DNA from: Adineta vaga
Lineage: Eukaryota; Animalia; Rotifera
Assembly (NCBI GenBank): GCA_021613535.1
Contig: CP075494.1
Coordinates: 10,292,001-10,356,000, forward strand
Length of the DNA: 64,000 nt
Reading direction: 5' to 3'
The notes beneath the pieces were generated by a model. It was not told where the DNA came from. It was given only the letters and a program-made list of their open reading frames with translations, and did not search any database. This document shows, piece by piece, positions 27,319-43,162 of the stretch; position 1 is the stretch's first letter; each line of letters starts with the position of its first letter. The position numbers and the translations under genes are program-made.

Positions 27319-29490
27319 ATGTCACAAGAACCAGTAAACACATCATCAGATCTTTTACCAAATCTACCAGAAACAACGGTTATTGAACCAGTTGTTCAAT
27401 GTGGTATTTTATATCTCGGTACGGCAGTTCCTAGTCCTGGTCGTCGGGGTATTGATTCAATTCAAGAACCTTTTTCACATCGTTATCCAGTTGATGGCAC
27501 TAATACAGCTCGCGGTAATTGGATGTACTTGGAAAAATTTTCGAAACTATAATTTTCATCTTCTTTTCAGGTATTGACTCTGTTCTTTCGATATATGAAA
27601 ATGGAATTCAATTGACGTTCGCACGTCAACCTCATACAGTGATTTTCTTTCCCATTTCGTCATTAATCTATTGTGCAAGTCTTCGTTTTTCTGTCATTGA
27701 AGATGAGCAAACATCAGCGATTGATTGGCGGTTTATTACATTGGATTCAACATTAAATCAAATAACTAAACATCCACCTTTATTTTGTCTTGTTGTTCAA
27801 CGTACACAAATTCTTACAGGTGATGAATGTCATTGTTTTATCACTAAAAATGATGATGCTGCATTAGCACTTGTACGAGCAATATCTGAAGTCTATGCTC
27901 ATTTTTCACCATTATCGAAACCTCTGAAATCTCCTGTATTCTATCAGGTATTGCCTTTCTTTCGTAGTTCATTAATTTCAAAATTGTCGTTGAACTTGTT
28001 CTTTTCAATAGTTAGATCGTTATGGAAGAAAACTTAGTGAAACAACTGGAGTTATTTATCTTTCACCGGCTAGTGAAGATGAAGTTCAATTAAATCAAAT
28101 GACGGATCGATATAGTGCAATACCAGTCATCAATCGAAATAGTCTATTAGATCCATCATTAGATGGTTTCTTCTATCGTACAGATGGTAATCTTATTGAA
28201 CAATGGCAATTGTGGGATGATGATGATGTGACAGGAACTCGACCACGTCCTCCACCATCTCCATTTGGTCAAAATCAAGCTCTCTATCATGATGATTTAA
28301 CACAAGAAATTCATAATTATTTACGTCATATGGATGATGAAGATTATTCAAGTTCATGTAGTTGTTCAAGCTCATCGAGTTCATCCAATGAATCCAATCG
28401 TCGTCGTCGTCATCGTCGTCGATTAAAATCCAAATACGATCATGTAGATCAAATAAATCCCGAATTATCTCGATCTCAAACAAGTTCATTCGATCCTACA
28501 TTACAAAATACCATTGAATTTAAATCTATTCCTCAACAAGCACCGATCATAATCGAGAAAGTTGTACCAACTTCGATTCTAACTAGTTCACAAAAACATC
28601 CAATTCATATCCTACCCCAACCAATTCTTCATGCTCCTCCTCTTCAGGAATGTACTACGAACTTCGTTCCATATTCTGAAACTTATCAAATTAATGAACG
28701 TGGTGAAAAAATTACAACCGAAGGAAATCGTATCTTATATATGGATGTTATTCAACCGAATGCAACAAATAAAAAAATTGAATCTATACCTTATATAACT
28801 CAACCAGTTCACCGAACTCGCTCACATCGACGACGATCGAAACCTGTTCCAGTTATTGATCTTCAATCAATTGAAAAAATATTTCATGAGAAGAAATCGA
28901 AACAGCGACGACATAGTGTCAAATATGATCGAGAAGATTCCGATGAACATCAATTAACAACATCGGATATGTTAGATATTGTTGAAGGTTATTTCGAAGA
29001 TTATAAAGGAAGAAAACTGAAATTAAATGGACATGATGCACAAGCTATGATGAATCATTTAGGATCATCACATAAGAAAATCGATCGACGAGAATCACAA
29101 AGTTCGAGTTCGAAAAGTCATCGTCGTCGTCGAGAACAATATTCAACGATAAATGCTGGTCCATCAGTAAATTATGTAGAACGTTCAAAAATGAGAATAT
29201 CTTCTCAACAGATTTTACCTGAACAACAATCATTAAATCATGAGCAAGTCGATGAATATATTTCCAGTATCTATGGTTCATCAGAACAACCAGCTCCATC
29301 AATACAATCAACAACAAGTCAACAACAACAACAACAACAACAACAACAGCAGCAGCAACAACAAACAAATCCAAATATTTCAGATAAAGTACAAGATGAG
29401 ATAGATTTTATTTCACCATTTCGATATATGCAAAGTAGTATTAATCCTTTATTATTACGTGAATATCGTCATGCATTTGGTGGAGCTTAA
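27319..29490 (+). CDS. PTB/PID-domain protein with long disordered C-terminus (3 coding exons)
   Basis: CGILYLGT...GIDSIQEP...FFPISSLIYCASLRF...HPPLFCLVV...ECHCF...AALALVRAI is PTB-like; Ser/Arg-rich and polyQ tail. Confidence 0.7.
29320..29361 (+). repeat. (CAA/CAG)n repeat encoding polyglutamine
   Basis: Trinucleotide run in frame within the PTB protein. Confidence 0.9.
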
Positions 29491-29583
29491 GCGATAAAAA
29501 CAACAATAATAACGACAATTTCCTAGAAAATATCATCTTTCTTTTTTTTTCTTCTAAAAGTCAAATAAATAAAATTCTTGCGT

Positions 29584-30495
29584 TTAAAGTAATTCTAATT
29601 GTTCAGATGGAGTTAAATAATACGAACTTTGTCGTGAACATTCATTTATTGGAATAATATAAATATCTTGATTTGTTAATGCTGAATTCTTTTGTGACAT
29701 AGTTATCGTTGGAACAGATCGATTCCATCTTGAATGATCATTTTCGTGTGTAGATATTCGATGACGAAATGCTCGATTTCGTGCCCATTGTCTCATTTGT
29801 GATGGATCAGGTTGATCAATATAACGACGAAATAAACGTTGTTTCTTTGAGAAAACAGACGAAAGAATACTTGAACGACGTGAATGTTTCTTTTTATCCT
29901 CATTAATTATTTGTTCCTGATTAGTTCTTTCAATTTGTTTACTTTTGACTATTTGTACGATAAGTGCAAGCAAAAGAAAAGCTATTATGCCAGTTATTAA
30001 TGCAATAAATAATTGCGTTGAACTTTGTTTAAATGAACGACGAAGTAATTCGCCAATACGAATTGATATACAAGCATTTCGAGGTGAATAAATATATGAC
30101 GTCATATTCGATTGAAAATCCACACATATTTCATAATGACCGGAATTTAGATTAAATATACGTAAACTATTATTTCGATCGATTAAATCAGTAAAATTGG
30201 TTAGAAGATGAAGATGATTTGTTGTTAGAGTTATTTCATCCACTGTTCGTAATATAAAACGATAGAAATGAAAAAGTTTAAAAAGACTTCTATCAATTTT
30301 AAACCAAATAAGAATCGAACGATCACGATTATTATTTATATGACATACAAGTAAATGGTCATTTGTTCGACTTTCCAAATGATTTTGAACACAAATTTCT
30401 TCATTATCTTTTGTACGTTGAGTATGAATAATTAAACCTGTTGTTGAAAATAACAAATAATTACCAATTAAGATATAAATAAAATAATCAAGCAT
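29584..30495 (-). CDS. Intronless single-pass membrane protein with a degenerate FN3-like ectodomain
   Basis: N-terminal hydrophobic segment; SILIWF...LRIFNLNSGHYEICV; TM LFIALITGIIAFLLLALIVQIV. Confidence 0.65.
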   Translation of the reverse strand: MLDYFIYILIGNYLLFSTTGLIIHTQRTKDNEEICVQNHLESRTNDHLLVCHINNNRDRSILIWFKIDRSLFKLFHFYRFILRTVDEITLTTNHLHLLTNFTDLIDRNNSLRIFNLNSGHYEICVDFQSNMTSYIYSPRNACISIRIGELLRRSFKQSSTQLFIALITGIIAFLLLALIVQIVKSKQIERTNQEQIINEDKKKHSRRSSILSSVFSKKQRLFRRYIDQPDPSQMRQWARNRAFRHRISTHENDHSRWNRSVPTITMSQKNSALTNQDIYIIPINECSRQSSYYLTPSEQLELL

Positions 30496-31874
30496 GAAAA
30501 GTTTTTTTTTGTTCTCTTTAGAATATGAATGATATTTAATTCAGCTGTATTAACATAAGAAATAAGAATCAAACAAAGGAATAAAGCGAACGAAAGATTT
30601 ATGTTATGTCATATGAAATCTAGACTTTTTATCCTTGTAATGCATATGTCACGAAATAACAAAGAACAGCATGATTGAATCACGTATAAACATAGATTAC
30701 GTACAAACAAGAGTTATTTAAATCTCAAAATACGTGAAAAGAACACGTCTTAATATCTTCTTCTTCTTCTTCTTCTTAGATTTCATATATCAAAACAGTA
30801 ATCAACAGCATTATCAAATTGTTTTCCTTATTTATAATCAATCGTAATATTAGATGTCAATTCAATTTTTATTAATTTCTAATTAGAGTTTAGTTTAGTT
30901 GATAATTTAATTATGGAAATGACGTATGATAAGATAAATATAGATCATGGTTACAAATGAACGGAAGAACGTGATCTTTGTTTGAAAAATTATCGTCGCA
31001 TTATTCGTGCGTGTCATATATAAATCGAAAAGACAACGAAGATTGATAACAAATATAATGATGCTATTTCTTTGACATTTTGTTTACGACGAGATTAAAT
31101 TCACAAGATATACTATATTAAAACTGATAGTCACACAACATGCGTATTAGATCGTTCAATCTGATTGATCTTTTCATCAATCGAATATAATGACTGTATT
31201 TTTATTGAAATATCTGTGAGTAAAGCTATCAATTGTTTAATATGATAAAACTCATCATATTTAATTACTTCTTCGGAGAATTAAATATTTATACTTTTTA
31301 ACACCATCAGTACGAAAGAAAAGATAGCTTCAATATTTTCAGTTTTTCAATACAAATTGTTATATTAAGGACATTTTCAATTTGCTCAAGTTAACTCTCA
31401 ATCATAAGAATAGAAAATTTTCTTTACGAACAATGAAAACTCAAGGAGAAGCGTACGAACAAGAGAGAGAAAAAATCTAGTTTCCCTTCTCTTCCTTCGA
31501 CCAATCCATCTCAGTTTAACAATACATAAAAATGATGAATAGTTAAAAGCTAACATCCTCATAATAACTTTTACTTATTGCCTTCTTTTATTCTCTTTTT
31601 TTTATTAGGGTCGGATGTTTTTATTTTGTTCTGTTCATACAAAAAAAGATTATCTATGTAATGCTTTTTCTTTTCTTTTCTTTTCTCATCTGCCACATAC
31701 ACGAAGTCATTCAACAAAATGATAAGAAGAAAAATTTTCTAGATTGATTTTTCTCGCATCTCCATTTGCATGCATATATATATAAGTATCATAGAGATCG
31801 GTGAACTAATAGTTGCGTCGTTTACTTAACCATCGTTTGTTCTTTTTTAGAATATTCACAAAAGAATATATCCA

Positions 31875-32775
31875 ATGTCGGCAATCTTTGTATCGAATAA
31901 AATGTCGATAACTATGATTCAAATTAGTTTTCTCCTTTTGGCTATGTTAGGTATGTTTAAAATTTCTATACAGTTTGTTGTTCAAATATTCAATGTGAAG
32001 AATGATTATGAACATAGTTCTTATAGTTCCGAACAATAACAAAATCATTCTCTTGAGAAAAATATCATTATTATTGACATAAACGATTGAATGAATGGAC
32101 CAAAAAATAAAAATTTTATACCGATCATAATAAACAAAACATAGGCATTGAATTGATTACTAAATAAAACGAAACTTACAATGAATATAGTTTTTTGTGC
32201 TTTCTATGCTATTATTTAATTATTTGACGAGAAATAAATATTCTAGGGACATCGATTAGATCAATTTTATGTTCTATTAGAATAAGTCAGTAAGCTGAGA
32301 GAAAATATAATGAAATTAATGTGTTCTTGACATGTTATTTATGGACTTTGTCTTAGTTCTATATGTTTTCATATCAGATGTAAGAATCTTCAATAGATTG
32401 TGGTCTATTTGATGATATCTAATCATTCTTCTTCTGTATATTTCAGTTACTAGTAGCTTGGCAGCACCATCAACTGAAGAACTTCAAGAAATTTACTTCG
32501 AAACGTGTGAAATTAGCTGTGGCGTCGTCAGCAATAGCGATGAAGCATATGAATGTCGTCAAAAATTTTGTCCGACCTATGTTAATTATTTAGTAACGGG
32601 TGTTACTGATCCAGATGTAAAACCTAGTCTCGCTTCAAGTCATCCTAAAGAAGTTGGCGATTTTTGTGCAACATGGCTTATTCATTTAATCGAACAATTT
32701 GGTTGGAATTATCGTTTTCGATTAAACATGAAAGAATGTACATGTGCTGCTGGCAAAGATTGTCTTGTCAAATAA
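31875..32775 (+). CDS. Small secreted 8-Cys protein (exons 31875-31950, 32447-32775)
   Basis: TATA-like element ~31776; signal peptide MITMIQISFLLLAML-like|VTSSLA split by an intron; 8 Cys in a ~104 aa mature part. Confidence 0.75.
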
Positions 32776-32992
32776 AATGAAGCAGAAGAACAAGAAGCAA
32801 TATTCTATATCGGAAAACTTGCGTCTTCGTATAATTTATCTTAATCTATATTTTTGTCTTCTCGAAATCGATTTCATGATGTTTATTTAAATAAATAAAT
32901 AAAAGAGATATATTCTAGTCATATCGCGACATCTGGAAAAAAATGAATTTTTGTTTTGTTTTTGTGCCTCTAAAGTACCAATTAACGATTGA

Positions 32993-34920
<1,928 letters not shown>

Positions 34921-34942
34921 ATTTGTTAGACAATGTTTTTTT

Positions 34943-36015
34943 TTATAGAAAAGAATTTTGTGAAACAATTGAGACAAAATATTTAGAAAGAAGGATCGCT
35001 ATTGTTGATGAAAGAAAAGACATTAATGATGAAAATAATCGCGAAGCTAAAAATAAAAGATATTTGCATATAGACATAATGATCAAATCGATTTACCATT
35101 CAATGCTTGAGTATGACAAAGAATTGTGAATATAAAACATATCAATAAACCATAATAATCACGATGATCTGGACTCCAGATTAGTAATGGTAAGACAAAT
35201 AATTGACCAATACTGGAAAGAACAAGTGTACGAAACAGAAGAATGGATCTAAAGAAATAACAACTCATATTGTCTTCATATGGACGAACAATTGAAAGAG
35301 TTTATCGCTAAAAAAAAGGAATCTGATGTCAATCAAAAGAGGTTCTCCTTCACAAACACACAAGATTCTTGACGTTACATATATATAATTATTACTTTTC
35401 TTTCGTCCATTTTTGTCTACATTGTAGAATTGCTATAATGAATATCAATCCAAATCGAATTATATATTCTAGAATGAAATGAAAGATTTAGACAATAAGA
35501 TTGGAATTGAATATCTTACCAAGAACTGATTCGAATAATTTGGAATAGAATCCATATTCCAAAGCATAGAAAATATGATGATCTTGATTAATAATCGATT
35601 GAAATTGATCGTTTTTAAGATGAAACCATTTGATATAAGCATTAACAAGAATTAATGCACATGATAATTTAATAATATGCTAAAATTTTGAAATAAATAC
35701 AAATAGAAATGAATCTTTCAAATGATTTCATACATTATATTTAATTTTATCAATATTGAATAGAACATGTCGATGTGCTCGTAGTTTAAGTAGAACAAAA
35801 TCAATAAAAACAAGAAGATCATCTAATTCAATGTAAGGATCAACTGGATTCTGACATTCTTTCTAGAATTTCAATGAAAAATGAATGAAAATATTCAATC
35901 GAATTGAATTCGTTTCTTTTACACAATGTATGATTTTGATAACACCTTCTTTATAATGATGAGAGAGTTCATCAGCTTCAGCACCACATGTAACACAACA
36001 ATAGTTGGAAATCAT
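34943..36015 (-). CDS. ARV1: ARV1 sterol/GPI homeostasis protein
   Basis: MISNYCCVTCGAEADEL...GVIKIIHC|KECQNPVDPYIELD...DFVLLKLRAHRHVLFN (ARV1 homology Zn motif), followed by TM segments. Confidence 0.85.
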
Positions 36016-37401
36016 TTTGATTACTTCACAGATTTAGATTGTCAAAAACTGTCGATGAGATGACGGGTATGCAATGAAAAGCGTCATATATATACAAGGA
36101 GAAGAATATAACGAATAGATGATATTTTGGACAGATGACGCTAGATCTGTTCAAACTTGAGAAATTTTATCATTACATGAAATTATTGATTTCATCTACA
36201 TAGACATGCATAAGTAAAACTCCTACGGGATGTAAAATAAGAATCCTTGAAGTTTAAATTCATTCATGACAATGCATTCTCCTACGCAGGTCATAGTAAA
36301 CAATAAGAAAATGTAAAAAATCGAACGATTGTAGAATGATTCCATCAGAAGGACGAATAAACAGAGAACGAAAAGAAAAAAGACAGTTTTTCATTCTAAC
36401 AAACAAAGTAGGTGAACATATGTAGTAAATATTTCATTTCCGTTTATCAATATTTATTATACTTACTCACTCTTATCAGAAGACTTTCTTGTCCTCATCG
36501 TCTTTTTGAAAAGTTCGTAGATAAGAAATTTGTTTTATTGATTTTGATAAAGATGTTGCTATGCATTCTGTTGAGTGTTTTTGTTTCTGGAAGATACATA
36601 TTAACTATAGGAATAGTTATTGCTAAGGATTGAATTACCTATAGATATTAATTCGTTTGAAATCTTTGTCATGAAAGACAACATTCTAAATTTTCGGTGA
36701 TTTCCAACAGATCTAATTAATTTTCTAACAAATATTTACTATTGATGTGAAATATGAAAAAGATCATATTTAAATTTTCTAAATCGATCTTGTTTTACTC
36801 ATATCGATTACGTTTAGAAGTGGAAAAAACAAATGTTCTGCATGTTAACAACATTATCATATGGCCTTGCCTATCGAATATTCAAGAACATGTTTGAAAC
36901 ACAAATACTTCAATGACAAGTTGATGTTTTTGAGTTAAAGATATCAGATGAGTAATTTAAGACAAGTTGTCGCACGAATCATCTTTTTGCTTCTAGATGA
37001 TGATCTAAATTAAAACAGCTGTTCTTCTTAGTCAAAGTTGTTAGAGTGCCTTGAATCAATGACAAATAAAGTTATGTTGCACTTTCTTTCTTTTTTTTCT
37101 TTCTTTTTCTTCGAGCTTTTTCTTTTCCTTCGTCGTTGTCACATTTAAAGTAAAATAATGTTCAAAAGCGTTGTCTGTTAGTTTGTCGTTGAGTATGTTG
37201 GATGAGAAACAGAAAAGGTAGCCAATCACTCGACATTTGTCATGACAACGTAAAAATAAGCTTCAATCTTCGTCGTGAACAACATTAAAGAAAGTAAAAC
37301 AGAAAAAAAAGAAAGCGTAGAGAAGAAAGAAAAGAGGAAAAAAATATATGATTTTCAGTTGTCGCCATTTTATGACTCTTAACATGTTCTTTTTTCTCAT
37401 T

Positions 37402-37427
37402 TCTCTCTCTCTCTCTCTCTCTCTCTC
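37402..37427. repeat. (CT)n microsatellite
   Basis: Direct dinucleotide run. Confidence 0.9.
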
Positions 37428-38319
37428 GTTCTGTATTTTGTCGATTGTATTAGGTGAAAGAGAGTTGTATAACATGACGAAAAAACGAGAGAATAGTGGT
37501 AAGAAGAAACATTAGTACCTATCTAGGAAAGTTTATTTGTTATCTGATTCACGTTTGTATATGTTTTTATCTATGAGTAATATATTGAGTATTTCTCATT
37601 TTGAAATCTAAATATAGTCTTTGTAAATCTTCTGTCTTGTTTTTCTTCTTTGTTTTATCTTTAAATCTATGAAGATTAGATATGAGATCCTTTTGCTTTT
37701 TGGTGTAGTGATAGATTTAGAAGGAAAATAAAACAGATATAAATGTTAACATGAATGTATTAAATCTCTTGTTTTTTTTTCACATAAAGGATATTCTATC
37801 TGAGAAAGACAGAGTTTATTGAGCTGTTTGAAAAAGAAGGAAAGAGAAAAAAGAGTACACCGATGCCATAATGTTTTATATTCTTCATCATTCAATAAAA
37901 AAACAGAACGACGTAATAATAAAAAAAAGAGAAATTGTCGAACTTTTACCCTACAGTACGGACGCGAATTTAAAAGAAAATTCTTTCATCGTCCTTTTTT
38001 TCTCGAACAATATTACTTCACACTAATTCGCCTACGTACGTAATCCGTTGCTACATAAACAGTTTTCACAGTAACGATGTTTGAAGATTCGAAATTTTCA
38101 CAGTGCTGAAATAACCGTTCTTTTTTTCTCTTCTCCTTCTATTCAAACGATTTGTCATTGAAAATGACGTATGATCATATTGTGGTAGTATCAGTAGGTG
38201 GTGATGAAGCTACAAACATTGTAGATATTGAATGAATCATAGTAGTTCTATAAAAACTGTTGGAATACAATAATTACTTTAGCTTTTTTTCTTAGTATTT
38301 TGAAGATAGAATTATTTTT

Positions 38320-39796
38320 ATGGGTGCTCGTCTTTCTCGATCTGATTTTCAGTGGGTCTACACTGATGAACCACATACTACACGGCGACGAGAAATGTTA
38401 CGTATGTATTCAAATTTATTTTCATTGATTAGTTCTGATTTTGTTCTTGTATTCTTTGTAGAAAAATATCCTCAAATTAAACAATTGATGGGTCATGATT
38501 GGCGTATTGCTGCTCAAGTTCTTCTTACTGTTATTATTCAACTAGTTATGGCAATAGTGGTTCAAGATCTCTCATGGAAATATGTTTGGTTTTTGACATA
38601 TGTCATTAGTGGCACACTAAATCATTCTCTTTCGATTAGTTTTCATGAAAGTATGTCTCTAACTTAAGATAATAACAAATACCAATTGTTTTGATTTAGT
38701 TGGTCATAACTTAGCCTTTGGTAATCATAGGCCTACAGCAAATCGTATACTTGGTTTTATTGCTAATTTACCGCTTTGTATTCCATCATCTGTAACATTC
38801 AAAAAGTATCATATTGATCATCATAAGTATGTTTTTATGATGTTTCTTCTATGTCTACGAAATAAAATACTCATTTAGATTTCAAGGTGATGATATGCTT
38901 GATCCAGATCTACCAACTTATTTTGAAGCATGGTTATTTCAATCACGTTTGGGAAAACTGCTCTATATTATTGTACAACCTATACTTTATGCCGTACGAC
39001 CATTATTACGTGTACCAAAACCTGTAACATTATTGGAAGTGATTAATCTTTTAATTGAAATTGCTTTTGATGCAGTTATCTTCTACTTTCTTGGTATGAA
39101 ATCATTTGTTTATTTATTATTTGGTACATTACTTGGTTTGGGTCTTCATCCAATCTCTGGCCATTTTATATCTGGTTCGTTCAAAGAAGAAAGCTCGAAT
39201 CCTATTTGTATTATTTTCTTTTTTGTATTTTAGAACATTATATATTTGTCGAAGGTTATGAAACTTATTCATATTATGGCCCATTGAATTATCTAACATT
39301 CAATGTGGGTTATCATAATGAACGTAAGATAATTTTTAATATTTTGATATATTAACTGTTCATAATTATATAGATCATGATTTTCCAAATATTCCCGGTT
39401 ATGCTTTACCTCAAGTAAGATTGCATTTCTTTTTCAAATCTGGAAATATATATTTTTGTATCTTTCTAGTTGAAAAAAATCGCTCCAGATTATTATGATA
39501 ATCTTCCTTGTCATTATTCATGGATGAAAGTACTTTATGATTTTATTCGTAATCCTAAATTAGGTCCACAATCACGTATTCGTCGAACGATTCGTTCGAG
39601 TGCATTGAAGAATAAGAATGCAATTGATTTAAAAAATAAATCGAAAGTAAACGAAATTCTTCATGAAGTAGACAACAATAACAATACACATCCTCATGTG
39701 TCCAGAGAAGAAAGAAAATTATTAAATATACAGAAACATGCCAGTCGATTGTCAACAACGATCAATGGAAATGAACATCATTCAAAACATGAATAA
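38320..39796 (+). CDS. DEGS: Sphingolipid delta-4 desaturase/C4-hydroxylase, copy A
   Basis: [27 protein letters not shown]; His boxes HEIGH, HIDHH, HNEHH; [11 protein letters not shown]. Confidence 0.95.
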
Positions 39797-40716
39797 CGAG
39801 TCCAAAACGTGTGTATTTCAATTTTTCTTTTTCTTGTCTGTTGTGTTTTCACTCGATGAATTTTTTACCCCATGACACTTGTCGATATTTTTTCCATTAG
39901 TAATGATGAAATTTCAGAGATGATGTTAAAAAAAACTTGAAAAGGACAATAACGAAGAACACCCCTCATCAATCCCTCGCACATGTGTAACCTTGTACTT
40001 TAGTACTATTTATAAAACTTTCTCGAAATCGAAATTATTTAACCGTTTGTTATTCTCGTCGAAGAAATTAATTTTTTTATATTAACATAAGAAAATATAA
40101 ATCATTCGGTTAATAACGTATATCAATATTTATAAGTATTACTAATAATTCTATATGTTGCCCCTTTCTTTTTCTTTTTTCAAAGTAATAATTCATTCTC
40201 TGAAATATCTGAAGAAAAACTTTCGACTATGTCTATCTCCTATTGAATAGAATGAGAGATGATCAAAGAAAACTAATTTTCTCACTATCATTTACATCCT
40301 TGATGTTTTTTGTGCCATTTTGTCGTCTCGTCAGTTTTTCCGTCCATATAGGCAGGTTTACTTTTTCGTTTTCTTGCTTCTCTGGAATTGCCTCTATTAT
40401 TGTATCAATAAACCATTGTGCGCTAATATTCTTTTTTTTTCTTTTCATTATAATTCATTTGTTCGACTCTATTTTGATCATTAGAGAAAAAAGTGACAGA
40501 AAAACGGTGGAAGACTTCGCACATAGAACAGAAAAAAACGACACGTACTGTTTCGTTAATAAGAAAGAAACTTTCATTAAGATGAACAAAACAAAATCTG
40601 ACGCCACAATAAAAATTAGAAATTCATCACCGTGACTCAATAAAAGAAAGAATTTTAAAGCTTGAATTACAAAAAAATTTATATTCTTCTGGATGATTAA
40701 TTTCATTGAACATGAA

Positions 40717-41984
40717 TTATTGGTTTTTATGAGCTTCTTTAACAACATTCTTCATTTGTTGTTCATACTCTTGTTGACTGACGACAGGAACACGACCTTT
40801 TTTTGTTTCTCGAGTTATTCGAGCCCACGGACCGACATTATCATTCATTACAAAGTCATAGAGTACTTTCGTCCAACTAAACAAAGTAGACATTCGACAA
40901 GTTCGATGAAATTAATTCGAAAATATTTTACCTTGAATAGTATGGTAAATTTTCATAATATTCCGGAGCAATTTTTCTCAGTTTCGGTAAATTTCGACCT
41001 GCTATGTATGGAAAATCATGATCTAAAAGATACTTCATTAAAATTCATTGAAACTAATTAGTCTCTTACGTTCATTATGGTAACCAACATTGTATGTAAT
41101 TGCATTTAATGGTCCATAGTATGAATATGTTTCATACCCTTCCTTGAAAACATAATGTTCCGCAATAAAATGTCCCGAAATCGGATGTAGTGAAAGTCCA
41201 AGTACTGTGCTTAGAAGAAAATAAGCGAGCGTTTTCCCACCGAATAGATACCACATTGTTACATCGAATATTAATACAATAATTAGATTAATAATTTCCA
41301 AGAGATGAATTGGTTTCGGAAGGATAAACATTGGTCGAAATGAATATAAAAGGGGCATTATTAGTAGAAAAACGAACTTTCCAAGTCGAGATGAAAATAG
41401 GAAGACTTCAAGACGTGTTGGTACATCGGTATCGTATACTTCATCACCTTGAAATCTAGACATACAAAAGAAACATTATTAAAAATCGATTCAAATTTAT
41501 TTCGCATTAATTTACCTATGATGATCAAGATGATATTTTTTGAATGTTATCGATGCTGGTACACCTAATGGTAAATTAGCAAAAAAACCAAGTAAACGAT
41601 TAGCCATGGGTCGAGAATGTCCAAATGCTAGGTTATGTGTTAGTTCATGCAAAGCTAATGATAATGTATGATTTATTGTTCCACCGATAACATACGCAAT
41701 AAATGTTAGTTTCAACCAAGATGAGTCACGTACAAGTATTGAAACGATGATTTGAATTAAAACAGTTAGAACTACTTGAATTGCCATGTACCAGTCATGA
41801 CCCATCAGTTGTTTAATTTCAGGATATTTCTCTAGATTATATAAGAGTTATTCGTATAATTCATGTATTTTTAGGAAAAATAATTCATTGAATATAACAT
41901 ACTTAACATTTCTTTTCGACGTGTTGCATGAGGTTCATCAGTATATGAATGATAGAAGTCATGTGTTGTTATGTATTGCCCCAT
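40717..41984 (-). CDS. DEGS: Sphingolipid delta-4 desaturase/C4-hydroxylase, copy B
   Basis: [27 protein letters not shown]; HELTH, HLDHH, HNEHH; ends KEAHKNQ*. Confidence 0.95.
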
Positions 41985-43162
41985 GTTCTTTTTTTGATCT
42001 ACGAAAAGCAAAGAAATGTTAAAGTCCATTATATATGCATCTTCTTATATAGTAGAGAAAAAAAAGAAAGATAATGGTACCACCCTCATATGCGTCAAAT
42101 TATTTCGAACAAAAACACTCGACTATTCGAGACAGTAAATTTGTATAACTAATAATTATTTGCAAATATTTTCTCTATACATTACGATCAAATTTGTCTA
42201 AGGATCGATTTCTATTTACTGATAACATAATTAAATACAGTAGAGACGTCTATCAGTATCTTCTTCAAAAAGGCAAGGAGATAGTTTCTCATTTGTTCAT
42301 TTTCTCCGACCAATCTCTTGTTATAGCATTGCAGTTTGCATCTAAATAGTCCTAAACATTTGAAAACAAACTATTTGCATTCGATTTCTAAACATTAACA
42401 TTTCGTGTCACAACCGTTCATTCAAATAAGATTTTCTAAGAGAGATATTTGTATTTACTATACATTTTTTTGATTAAAATCGAATATAAAAACATACACA
42501 TAACTATAAATTAACGATCAATGTATCATGCTTCGAAATTTCGTTCAAACTCTCTATTATTATCAGTAGTGTCAAACTCGAAAGTTGAATTGAACTATCG
42601 TCTATTAAACATATGACAGCCGTCAAACGAAATCAGATCAGAGAAGTTATAATCATTTTCGTAAGTTGACAACATCATCATCTTGTTTTTGCATATAATT
42701 TACGACTTTATCAGCTAATAATCGAACGGAAATTGTATCAACTATGCACGTAGAGGATAATAGTTCAGATACTGATTATTAGCAAACATTGCTTTGTAAA
42801 CAGAAGATGTATCTCGGCGACATCTGTGCACAATTTATGGGAGAGAGAAAAAGAAATGGATAAATTTGTGAGTGGTCACTACTTTCGGATGAATTTGTAT
42901 TACTGAACTGAACTGTACTGTCATAACAATATTTACTTATAGTCACAAAGCTGCTGATGATGATACTATCGGATAGAATTTTTTATTTGGAATAATTCAT
43001 TTGAAAAAATTGAAAAATTTCCATTTCATAATTTTTATTTCTGCCAATAGATAAATTCGGTATTACTTTTTCCCAATCGTTTGTTGTGTCATATTCGAGT
43101 ATAATTACACAATAAAAAACATTTCTTCACTTTCATTTCTGTATTATCAAAAAAAAAGAAGA

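Noticed and set aside
40243-41061. Plus-strand ORFs of 130 and 122 aa
   Set aside because: They are antisense to the DEGS-B last exons and 3' UTR, with UTR-like composition
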